Positions 38,753 through 47,441 of a stretch of DNA of 64,000 nt are shown here, piece after piece. The stretch lies in the IMG/VR virus record IMGVR_UViG_3300036770_008715, positions 76,074 to 140,073 of that record. One strand, written 5' to 3'. Origin of the DNA: a virus. The notes beneath the pieces are model-generated. The model was not told where the DNA came from. It ran no database searches and was given only the letters and a program-made list of their open reading frames with translations. The stretch's first letter is position 1, and every line of letters starts with the position of its first letter. The translations under genes were made by a program, and so were the position numbers.

Positions 38753-40311
38753 TGTAGTTGATTTTTTACCGAGTCATTTAAGGTCAAATCTAATAAAGAC
38801 TTTGCCTTTGGGTCGTTGTAATTTGCAGATATTGCAAAAACTGCACTAGCCGATTCGATCTTCTTACTAATTTCCTGTTGGGCTGCAATATCAGCATCTA
38901 TAGATTCTTGCATAGATTTAGATATTGTATTTATTGTGTTTGCATAATTTCTTATATACTGATCTTTGGCCTCAATACTTAAAGAATTGAATTCAATACT
39001 GTTTAATTTAGATGTCAATTGCGAGACATAATCATTAAGAAACGATGCAGATTCGCTATATAAGCTCCCAGCTTGCATTCTCACATAATCTGTGTTATCA
39101 TCAGGATAGAACCCAGACATAGTTTTCGCCGACTCTAAGATCTTTTCTTGTGTGATCAATTCTTTGGATGCTGCAGTTGTTGCTACTTCTAACTTTATTC
39201 CATAGATAACTAGATCGGTATTTGGTAATGCTGTATTGGCCAATACTTTAACTCTATCGTTCTCGAATTGAGAGGTAAAAGATATGAAAGGGTCTGCAGT
39301 ATAAATCAAATCGACTTCCCTGGTGTACACTCGGGTGTTATCATGGATAACAAAAACCTCAGAGGTTTGATGTTCTACCCCAGCAGATCCTTGTATAAAG
39401 TATTTTGCAGATCTAAAGTCTTTGGCTGAAAAGCTGATAACTGATTGCCAAGTGTTGGGAGTCATATCATAATAGTATAAGGTTTCAGGACCCGATTCTT
39501 TACTCTCAGAATAGTCGCTATCAGCAGAAAGAGTGATACCAGAAATCCTATCAGTATGATCTTTAAATGAGTTGAGCTGCGAAATAGCTCCCGTCAGTCC
39601 ATCTGCACCACCAAGAGATAACTTCAATTGTGTATAGGCATTAGCCAGCTGGGGTTCTGCCGATATGGAAGGCACTGCCGCATCCAAAGCAGAATAATTG
39701 TTAACAGCATAATTTGTTAAATTTGTTTTTGTAGTAGTTATTGTAGATTCTAGAGGATTCTTTGATATCAATGATAGCCCTTGTTGTAGTCCGCCCCCAA
39801 AAGAACCAACTTGACTTGCTAAGTCAATTAACGAATTGACTCTTCTACTAGAACTATCAACTTCTGTGAATTTAGTATTCAGCCCCGTAAGCCCATCAAA
39901 TAGATTAGTGTATTGCTGAGAGAGATCGTTATTTAATGATAGCGAGCTAATAGAACCTAATTGTTCGGTGAGCTGAGTTAATTGGCCGACCTGATCAAAT
40001 ACACTAGAAAAAGCAGAGGCAGTCATGCCAGCTGATAATGCTGAATTGAATTGCTCAGTAAGATTAGTTAAATCATTAAATAACCTGACATTACCAGCCA
40101 TTGAAGCTAAAGATGCTGCTTGGCTTGCGATACTAGCAGCTTCAGAAGCTAATCCTGTTAATTGACTTGCCAATCCAGAAAACCCACCAAACCCAACTTT
40201 AATAGCAACTGGTTGCCCACCAACTGTTGTAGTTGGTACTTGGAATAATGGATTACCACCAATATAGGATAAAATTAATTGTATGCATGCAGATTTCGAA
40301 ATACCAGCCAT
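38749..40311 (-). CDS. Hypothetical baseplate-associated protein (helical, with an embedded FRSAKY beta domain)
   Basis: 520 aa; lies between gp5 and gp25 and overlaps both. Confidence 0.6.
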   Translation of the reverse strand: MAGISKSACIQLILSYIGGNPLFQVPTTTVGGQPVAIKVGFGGFSGLASQLTGLASEAASIASQAASLASMAGNVRLFNDLTNLTEQFNSALSAGMTASAFSSVFDQVGQLTQLTEQLGSISSLSLNNDLSQQYTNLFDGLTGLNTKFTEVDSSSRRVNSLIDLASQVGSFGGGLQQGLSLISKNPLESTITTTKTNLTNYAVNNYSALDAAVPSISAEPQLANAYTQLKLSLGGADGLTGAISQLNSFKDHTDRISGITLSADSDYSESKESGPETLYYYDMTPNTWQSVISFSAKDFRSAKYFIQGSAGVEHQTSEVFVIHDNTRVYTREVDLIYTADPFISFTSQFENDRVKVLANTALPNTDLVIYGIKLEVATTAASKELITQEKILESAKTMSGFYPDDNTDYVRMQAGSLYSESASFLNDYVSQLTSKLNSIEFNSLSIEAKDQYIRNYANTINTISKSMQESIDADIAAQQEISKKIESASAVFAISANYNDPKAKSLLDLTLNDSVKNQLQ

Positions 40312-41753
40312 TAACCACCTTCCTTCAGTATAAAGTCAGTTTTTGGGTATAATTGTTTAGCAACTTCATATTCCATTTTACCCGCAACTTGTTGAGCAGG
40401 TATTAATGGTTGAGACAAGTTAATATCAATATTCTGTTCCTTGGCTCCAAGATAAACGCTATATGCCCCGTTTTGTACTTGATTCAATTGATTGGTGGGG
40501 AGACTCAAAACATCGCCGACCAAACTATTAATTTTAGTTTCAAATCCAAGCATTGAAGAAGTCAACTCTCCTGTTGGCAATCCAGCTGCCAAATCCTTAG
40601 TTGCACTACCAATAGCATCCATTGCATTTGTGAATGTAGGATTATTTAATAAAGTTTTAGAATCAAGAGTTTTACCGTCAACAACTGTTCTTGTGTTACT
40701 TGTATTTGCTGCAGTTGTTGCAGCAGCACCAGTTAAAGAGGATACTGACCCGAGCCCTGTTCCAATAGGTGGAGTTGCATATCCAGCTTGCATATTCACT
40801 TGAGCTCCTGCTAAATCTATCTTATTAGCTTGTAATGTAACCGTAGCAGAAGCAGATATCGAAGCAGACTTACCGCCCCCAGCATTAAACGCTGATGCTG
40901 ATTTTAAATCCATTGATCCTGTTGATTCTATTTTAACTTTTGAACCTTTAATCTTAACTTCGCCAGAAGAATTCATATTTATTTCTGAGGCTTCAACATT
41001 TATCTTTCCGCCAACCTTTAGATTACAATCGCCTGCTACTGTCACAGAACAAGTACCTTCAACATAAACAAAGTCTTTACCCATTACAAGAGTGTAATTA
41101 TCTTTTTTGACTTTCTCGATTCTATCTCCGTTATAGTCCATCTCAATAAAAGTCCCAGAATTATGGGCGAGATGAACTCGCTCTTTTCCTGGCGTATCAT
41201 CAAGTTCAAATGCATGACCCGACTCAGTTTCGTGGGCATAGTTATATGGATATTTTGGGGCGAATGATGGAGTTGGTTCACTCCAATCGACTCCACCTGC
41301 TGATTTAATTCCTTTCTTTTGGGCTCTACGGCGCTTCTCGATAATAGTTTCTTCTGGTCTGTTTCTTGCCAATCTAGATGTCGTTGGTTCATTGATTCTT
41401 TTGGGGTATTTTCCTTTTGGATCATTAAATCCAATAGTAGTATCAGCTTTTGCTATAGGAATACCAGGAAGGACTCCCATAACAATTGGATTCTGCGCTG
41501 AATCTCCATCCATGAAAAACCCAAACACCATATCTCCTTCTTTAGGCGTATATGTTGCAGGCAGATTGGTAGGAAATACTGTATGAGCCCAGGGCAATGC
41601 ATCGGTAGGTATTAGTTCTTTATTTTCTGTATGCCAACCAAAACATCTAACTCGAACTCTACCTAATAAGTCTGGATCATTGCGGTCTTCGACGACTCCG
41701 ATATACCAGACGAATCCTTCAAGGCCAAAGAAATTCTTACGAGCGCCTGGCAT
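40311..41753 (-). CDS. gp5: Baseplate central spike (OB-fold plus beta-helix, no lysozyme domain)
   Basis: F.W.IGVVEDR.DP..LGRVRVR.FG.HT, V.GFF.DG..AQ.P...G, YPYN...ETESGH..E.DDTPG.ER....H.SGTF.E. Confidence 0.92.
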   Translation of the reverse strand: MPGARKNFFGLEGFVWYIGVVEDRNDPDLLGRVRVRCFGWHTENKELIPTDALPWAHTVFPTNLPATYTPKEGDMVFGFFMDGDSAQNPIVMGVLPGIPIAKADTTIGFNDPKGKYPKRINEPTTSRLARNRPEETIIEKRRRAQKKGIKSAGGVDWSEPTPSFAPKYPYNYAHETESGHAFELDDTPGKERVHLAHNSGTFIEMDYNGDRIEKVKKDNYTLVMGKDFVYVEGTCSVTVAGDCNLKVGGKINVEASEINMNSSGEVKIKGSKVKIESTGSMDLKSASAFNAGGGKSASISASATVTLQANKIDLAGAQVNMQAGYATPPIGTGLGSVSSLTGAAATTAANTSNTRTVVDGKTLDSKTLLNNPTFTNAMDAIGSATKDLAAGLPTGELTSSMLGFETKINSLVGDVLSLPTNQLNQVQNGAYSVYLGAKEQNIDINLSQPLIPAQQVAGKMEYEVAKQLYPKTDFILKEGG

Positions 41754-43051
41754 TATCTAGAGTTCCTCAATGTTCCAGCAATATCAGCTGCATCTGGAAT
41801 TGGCTCAGCAAAAGAATCAGTTGAGAATTCTGTTATGGAATTAAATGTATCCTCGGTAAATACATGATTGATTGCAGTAACTAGGTATTTACCTGTTCGA
41901 TATTCGTCAAGCTCTTTTCCCGATTCATCAGCTGCTACGAATTTAGGAAAATCAAAATTGACAACATCACCGACGTTCATTGAAGTATCACCTGGTAATG
42001 TCGCTTTGAATTTAAATGAATTAATTAACGACATATGCAATGCTCTTGGCATCAACCATTTATCAATTGAATTGTCTTTTTCAGATTTGGTGTCGTTAAT
42101 TAGGGCATATGTGCTATAGTATGAATCATAAGCATCATATACAGATTGACCAGCCAAATCTTTCATGGAATTTAATAATTTATATTTGTTCAATAGTAGG
42201 CTTTTCTTTTCAGCATTGGCTGCGCTATAATCAAATGTCCTAAATGTTTGATTGTAAATATCGACTGTTAATAACCTTGATGCAAAAGAACCATTAGTCT
42301 TTGACGTTATGACATCGAAGTCATTAATGATCCTGAATTTATCTATTGAGTCTCTATTCAAAGCTGGATCTTGTTCTTCAGAATTCTTAATTTCATATTT
42401 CAACTTCTTGACATCTTTATTTTTATAGAGAGTTTGTAAGGATTGGAAATTATATCCTTTGGTTGTCTCAAAGAAAAAGTAACAGAACTTTGGAGTATCG
42501 CTATATGATCTTGCAACTGCCCACTGAATCGCCTCAAAAGGGCGATAGCCAGGTACGACAAAGTCATATACGCCAGTTGTTGGCTCGAAGTTATGGATAT
42601 CATCTTTTGTAATAGAGAGATAATTCTCTAATACATCCATCACAATATCTGATGCCTTTCTATTTTTATATGCTTTACTTACCCTGAGTGAGTTTGATAA
42701 TATAAATGAGTCAGAGCAAAAATGTAACACATACCCTTGGCTAGAGTTTCCAGTCTTGGTTCTATTGGTTGCTTTATAAATTCTAAACGTTTTTTGAATC
42801 GGCTCATCCAAACTTGGTTTGTCAATATCAATTACAATATATTCATTACCGCAAAATGAAAAGTTGTTAAATAAATCTCTAGCGTCATTAACCAGAACGC
42901 TACCATTCATAACGCTGGAATATAAATCTTGGCGTATTTGCAGCTGTGTAAAGATGTATTTAATATCAACAGACTGCCCAGTAGAAGCTATTATTTCTAG
43001 CTTCCTAATATCATAATCTTTACTTGTTAAAACGCCAGGTTTATTAGCCAT
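41753..43051 (-). CDS. Baseplate hub protein (gp27-like)
   Basis: Lies between gp53 and gp5; F.FFET..G.NF.SL..L, PGD.....GD, GKYLVTAINH.F motifs. Confidence 0.75.
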   Translation of the reverse strand: MANKPGVLTSKDYDIRKLEIIASTGQSVDIKYIFTQLQIRQDLYSSVMNGSVLVNDARDLFNNFSFCGNEYIVIDIDKPSLDEPIQKTFRIYKATNRTKTGNSSQGYVLHFCSDSFILSNSLRVSKAYKNRKASDIVMDVLENYLSITKDDIHNFEPTTGVYDFVVPGYRPFEAIQWAVARSYSDTPKFCYFFFETTKGYNFQSLQTLYKNKDVKKLKYEIKNSEEQDPALNRDSIDKFRIINDFDVITSKTNGSFASRLLTVDIYNQTFRTFDYSAANAEKKSLLLNKYKLLNSMKDLAGQSVYDAYDSYYSTYALINDTKSEKDNSIDKWLMPRALHMSLINSFKFKATLPGDTSMNVGDVVNFDFPKFVAADESGKELDEYRTGKYLVTAINHVFTEDTFNSITEFSTDSFAEPIPDAADIAGTLRNSR

Positions 43052-43730
43052 CGATCATCAATTTTTTAAATTCTTGTTCAACAGCTTGAACATATTTGGC
43101 ATCAAGTAATTTTATTACTCTTCTTTCTTCATTAAGAGCGAATTCATATTCATAAACTGAAACTGCCTTATACACTGTGGCTTGCTGCAATAAAATAGTT
43201 CCAGCATCATTCAATTCAATGATCTCTGTTCCACCATCAATAGAAATATCAATGCTGGGTAAATTTCTTTGGGTCAAAACTCCAGTAGAAAAATTGGCAG
43301 AATACTCTGATATCGTATATCTATCTACATTCGTCTCTGATATATTTCCATTATAAATGGTTGATCTTGTTATTTCTTGTTCAAAATGATGAACGGTATT
43401 TCTAGCCACTTCTGCTGTATAACCATATTTTTTTAAAATCATATCATCAAGTTCTGAATCATTTAACGGGAACTCATAATACGGGTTTACAATATTATTA
43501 AATAACAAAACAATCCAATGGCGATTTACATCGCCATACAATTTGTCTGCTATAATCTCAGGAGTTTCCCCTTCTTTAATTTGATAAGGATAATATAAAG
43601 CTGTATTTTCTGTTATCTCACGAAGAAACTTAGAACGATGAAGAATATTGGTAACTAATTGGAGATTTGCTCTTGGATCATCACTTAACGTGTATGGCGT
43701 TTTTTGAAAATATGAAAAATACCCAGCCAT
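43044..43730 (-). CDS. gp53: Baseplate wedge subunit
   Basis: YF..F....Y, Y.IKEGETPE.IA.KLYGD...HWI.L..N.I..P..E.P, YEYE...NE.RR.IKLL. Confidence 0.92.
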   Translation of the reverse strand: MAGYFSYFQKTPYTLSDDPRANLQLVTNILHRSKFLREITENTALYYPYQIKEGETPEIIADKLYGDVNRHWIVLLFNNIVNPYYEFPLNDSELDDMILKKYGYTAEVARNTVHHFEQEITRSTIYNGNISETNVDRYTISEYSANFSTGVLTQRNLPSIDISIDGGTEIIELNDAGTILLQQATVYKAVSVYEYEFALNEERRVIKLLDAKYVQAVEQEFKKLMIDG

Positions 43731-44929
43731 TAGTAACCGTCCGCAATAAGTTTCTTGTGGAGGATTTCGACTTCCATAAATCTAAGAGTCATACCAATCT
43801 CGACAGGTATACCATCGTCGTATGTCGCAAAGTTTCCATTTGAATAGTTGACATCAATACCTTCAAGAACGCAGGTAGAAAACTTATGGAGTGCTTTGTT
43901 TGGTTGCCCTTCAAAACAATATTCAATATCAAACTCTGATGGCGGAATAAAATATCTTCCGCCACCTGCACCCTCAACTACTTCTGGGGCGGCATGGTAT
44001 CGAAATGCTTTGATAATATCAAGAACCATTACAGCTTCATTCTGCGATTTTGGCGTAAACTTAAAATCAAATTGGAACGTTCTGTTATCAACAGAATCGA
44101 AAAGAATTTCAATCTGAGGGTTCTGTGCATAGCCAGCAGAGGCCATCATAACTCTTTCAATACCAGAGCCATAGGCGCCAGAAGCAGCAGCCGCTTTTCC
44201 TGCGATTTCTCCTGTTAACCCGCCAATAGCACCAGCCTCGCTATTTCTTCCTGCTGATAATTTATTGGCCAATCCTTCTTTCGATAACATTTCTTCCAGA
44301 TTGGCAGAAGCACCTGCTTGAGTGGCTTGTGCTGCTAATCCAGCAGCACCCAACGCTTCAGTCAGAGAAACTCCAGTCCACTTATTGGCTGTTGTTTGTT
44401 GGACTGTATCTGGAACATATAGACAGATCTGTTGTTCTAATCGTTTCGTTTTTCTTTGGAGATCAATAAAACTAATGGTAGCTCCAACTATACCTGCATC
44501 AATTCCAGTACCAACAGCTGCGCCCACTCCTGCAGCAAATGATCCTGTACCTAATGCTTTAGCTAGATTCCCAAAGTTAGAAATTACTCCAGACAAAGCT
44601 CCTATGCCTGCAGCTAAAGATCCGCTTATTGGGTCTGCAGATCCAGATATAAATGTCCCTGGCGCAACCTGATTTGGTGCAGTTCCGCCAGCTCTATTCC
44701 TATCAGCAACTGATAGGCCAGCGTCGCCACTAATTATTGATAGCCCTTTTTTGTACTGGGATTTCTCTGGAATATTAATATTAAATCTCAGAAAATGCTT
44801 GTATGGCCCGCCGTCTAGATCCAGTGGATAGTACAGATGTTCTTTACTTTTATATCTGTTGAGTTCTAGATTCTTTAGAGGGCCTCGAGAAAATACTCTT
44901 CCAGGCCTCTCTACTTTAATATCATCCAT
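43730..44929 (-). CDS. gp48: Baseplate tail-tube cap
   Basis: YYPLD, I.LY.P, NP..E.LF.....R.F.F.F.F.PKS..EA, C.L....V.Y, G.PV.....L.F.E.E. Confidence 0.88.
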   Translation of the reverse strand: MDDIKVERPGRVFSRGPLKNLELNRYKSKEHLYYPLDLDGGPYKHFLRFNINIPEKSQYKKGLSIISGDAGLSVADRNRAGGTAPNQVAPGTFISGSADPISGSLAAGIGALSGVISNFGNLAKALGTGSFAAGVGAAVGTGIDAGIVGATISFIDLQRKTKRLEQQICLYVPDTVQQTTANKWTGVSLTEALGAAGLAAQATQAGASANLEEMLSKEGLANKLSAGRNSEAGAIGGLTGEIAGKAAAASGAYGSGIERVMMASAGYAQNPQIEILFDSVDNRTFQFDFKFTPKSQNEAVMVLDIIKAFRYHAAPEVVEGAGGGRYFIPPSEFDIEYCFEGQPNKALHKFSTCVLEGIDVNYSNGNFATYDDGIPVEIGMTLRFMEVEILHKKLIADGY

Positions 44930-44948
44930 TTAACCGTACCCTGTGGCG

Positions 44949-44962
44949 ACTAAATATTTATA
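44949..44962. promoter_or_regulatory. Overlapping divergent late promoters
   Basis: ACTAAATA (+, 44949-44956) and TATAAATA (-, 44955-44962) in the short gap between divergent gp48 and gp4. Confidence 0.65.
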
Positions 44963-45390
44963 TGGCTTATTCAGGAAGATTTGTACCGACCAACCCTAAC
45001 AAATACCTCGGCAACCCCACTAATATATGGTATCGTAGTTTGTGGGAGCGCCGAGTTATGCAGCATTTGGATAACAACTTAAATGTGATTGAATGGTCGA
45101 GTGAAGAGATAATTATACCTTATTTATCGCCAATTGATGGAAAATATCACAGATACTTCCCTGATTTTTTTGTTCGGACAACGGCTGGGGCTATGATACT
45201 TGAAGTGAAACCAAAGAATCAGTCAATTATGCCTGAGGCTGGGAAAAAGAAAACAAAGAAGTATCTGACTGAAATTATGACATGGGGAGTGAATCAGGCA
45301 AAGTGGAAAGCAGCTGAAGAGTACTGTGCAGATAGAAGCTGGAAGTTTAAAGTGATAACCGAAGACGAACTATTTGGAAAAAAGAAATAA
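44962..45390 (+). CDS. gp4: Head completion nuclease
   Basis: MAYSGRF.P.NP.KY.G.P.NI.YRS.WE...WSSEE..IPY.SP.D...HRYFPDF...EVKP..Q...NQAKW.AA. Confidence 0.93.
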   Translation: MAYSGRFVPTNPNKYLGNPTNIWYRSLWERRVMQHLDNNLNVIEWSSEEIIIPYLSPIDGKYHRYFPDFFVRTTAGAMILEVKPKNQSIMPEAGKKKTKKYLTEIMTWGVNQAKWKAAEEYCADRSWKFKVITEDELFGKKK

Positions 45391-45938
45391 TGGCATCGCT
45401 CTACGACAAAGTAAAAAAGGATATGAATTCGGCTGGAATTCGGCCTCGAACTCAGACAGCTCAAAATTGGTTAGCCTCAAAAGTGCGCCAATTAAAGATA
45501 CCAGCCTCGAGGGTGAACCTTCTAAACGATCCTTCTCGAGCTACAGGATTTGCTATAGTTGGTAAGATGTTCTTCTACCACTATGATCCCAAGACCAAAG
45601 ATACGCTTCCTGTTTATGATAAGTTCCCTTTAGTCATTCCAATGGAACTTTATCCAGATGGATTTCTAGCACTTAATTTGCACTATCTAGATCCATATAC
45701 TAGACTCTATTTGCTCGATTTGTTGCACGATTTTATTAACAACACTAAATACGATGATACAACTCGGTTTAAGCTATCTTATCAGCTACTGAGTTCGTCA
45801 AAACGATATAGAGTAATTGAGCCATGCATCAAAAGATATCTTTACAGTCATATCAGATCCTCAATGATCTATATCGAACCAGAGAGCTGGGACACAGCTA
45901 TTTTCCTACCAAGCGCCAAAATGGTATATAAAAGCTAA
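45390..45938 (+). CDS. gp2: DNA end protector protein
   Basis: GKM.F..YDPK.K..LP.YD.FPLV...GF..LNLHYL...PC.KRYL..H.RS. Confidence 0.92.
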   Translation: MASLYDKVKKDMNSAGIRPRTQTAQNWLASKVRQLKIPASRVNLLNDPSRATGFAIVGKMFFYHYDPKTKDTLPVYDKFPLVIPMELYPDGFLALNLHYLDPYTRLYLLDLLHDFINNTKYDDTTRFKLSYQLLSSSKRYRVIEPCIKRYLYSHIRSSMIYIEPESWDTAIFLPSAKMVYKS

Positions 45939-46519
45939 TGGCATTCGTCGACAAATTCCTATCGCACTATGCATCTCACAATGATTTCTCCAAGGCTTCA
46001 AGGTTTGAGGTTATAATTTATCCAAACTTTTTTTTGTCTGAATTCTTTGGTAATGTGGTTGACCTGCGCCTTCAGTGCGAAACAGCAGAACTGCCAGGAT
46101 ACAACTTTGATACAGTTGACGGCAGAGTTTATGGTGTGACTTATTCTGTTGCTGCTAGGCCAGCATTTTCAGATCTGCGTTTGACATTTATTTGCGCTGG
46201 AGATCTCTGGGAGAAGCAATTGTTCGATTCTTGGCAAGAGTATATTATGCCCAAGACTGATTATCTACCAAGATACAGAGAAGAATATGTCACTGACATT
46301 GAGGTCCGCCACTACTATGAGGTTACAACTTCAAACATTACTGGGCAAGCTACAGATGGTCGGCCCTTAGTTGGAGACGCTAAACCAGGAATTTCATATC
46401 GCGCAAAGTTCATCGAAGCCTTCCCATACACTGTTGATCCTATTACATTATCTTGGGCAGACGATGGTATTAATAGGCTCAATGTAGGATTTAAATACAA
46501 AAACTGGGTATCCCTGTGA
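45938..46519 (+). CDS. gp54: Tail tube initiator (gp54/gp19 family)
   Basis: RFEV, CE.AELPG, LTF, F..W...I, EAFP..V....LSW...RL.V.F.Y..W. Confidence 0.75.
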   Translation: MAFVDKFLSHYASHNDFSKASRFEVIIYPNFFLSEFFGNVVDLRLQCETAELPGYNFDTVDGRVYGVTYSVAARPAFSDLRLTFICAGDLWEKQLFDSWQEYIMPKTDYLPRYREEYVTDIEVRHYYEVTTSNITGQATDGRPLVGDAKPGISYRAKFIEAFPYTVDPITLSWADDGINRLNVGFKYKNWVSL

Positions 46520-46527
46520 GGTGAAAT

Positions 46528-47244
46528 ATGCCATTACCAAAAATTGACTATCCAATTCATGAGATTTTTCTAAAGTCGCTCAACCGTAAAGTTAAGTTTC
46601 GGCCATTTTTGGTCAAGGAAGAAAAGATTCTTCTGGTTGCCAAAGAGTCTGAAGAACCTAATGATATCAAGAACGCAATCAAGCAGATTATTAATAACTG
46701 CTGCCTCGAAGAAATCGATGTAGAGGCTTTGCCGTTATTTGACGTTGAGATGTTCTTTGTGCATCTGAGGTCAAAGTCAATCGGTGAGTCAGCCAAACTG
46801 GCATTTACCTGCCAAAACAAAGTAGAAGAATCTATCTGCGAGCATGTAACTCAGTATACAGTCGACCTCAACAAAGTATGCTATGTTGTTCCTGAAGGCC
46901 ATACCAATAAAGTCAAGATCTCTGATAAGATCGGTATGGTATTCAAGTACCCAACCATTGCAGTTGCTCTTGAGGATTATAGCGATCCATATACTGCAAC
47001 CGTTGGACTATTCAGGAATAACCTAGACTATATCTACGATGAAGATTCATTCTATTATCGAAAGGATCTGACTGACGAAGAGATCCAGGAATTCCTCGAG
47101 AACCTTAGCGTTGAGCATATTGAAGCAATTCGAAACTTCTTTATCACAACGCCAAAGGTTGTATTAAAAGATAACATAACTTGCGACAAATGCAAGTTCG
47201 AACATGAAATTGTAGTGGAGAACCTCTACAGTTTTTTTACATAA
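46528..47244 (+). CDS. gp26: Baseplate hub subunit/assembly chaperone (gp26-like)
   Basis: MPLPKI, FRPFLVKEEKILL.A.ES, L..FD.E..F..LR.KS.GE, CxxC near the C-terminus, ends ..SFFT. Confidence 0.88.
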   Translation: MPLPKIDYPIHEIFLKSLNRKVKFRPFLVKEEKILLVAKESEEPNDIKNAIKQIINNCCLEEIDVEALPLFDVEMFFVHLRSKSIGESAKLAFTCQNKVEESICEHVTQYTVDLNKVCYVVPEGHTNKVKISDKIGMVFKYPTIAVALEDYSDPYTATVGLFRNNLDYIYDEDSFYYRKDLTDEEIQEFLENLSVEHIEAIRNFFITTPKVVLKDNITCDKCKFEHEIVVENLYSFFT

Positions 47245-47273
47245 CTTTTGGCCATGATGATCTTGCAAATTTT

Positions 47274-47441
47274 ATGCGAACCAATTTTGCATTAATGCAA
47301 CATCATAAGTATGCATACAGTGACCTGGAAAGTATGCTATCTTGGGAACGACAGATTTATGTTGTATTGTTGAACAATTATATTAAGGAAGAAAACGAAA
47401 AGATTAAACTTCAAGAGCTAGCAAGAAAAAGTAGGCGATAA
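47274..47441 (+). CDS. gp51: Baseplate hub assembly catalyst (gp51-like); possibly the C-terminus of a -1 frameshift fusion with gp26
   Basis: Manual translation: MRTNFALMQHHKYAYSDLESMLSWERQIYVVLLNNYIKEENEKIKLQELARKSRR; its stop overlaps the next ATG. Confidence 0.85.
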   Translation: MRTNFALMQHHKYAYSDLESMLSWERQIYVVLLNNYIKEENEKIKLQELARKSRR

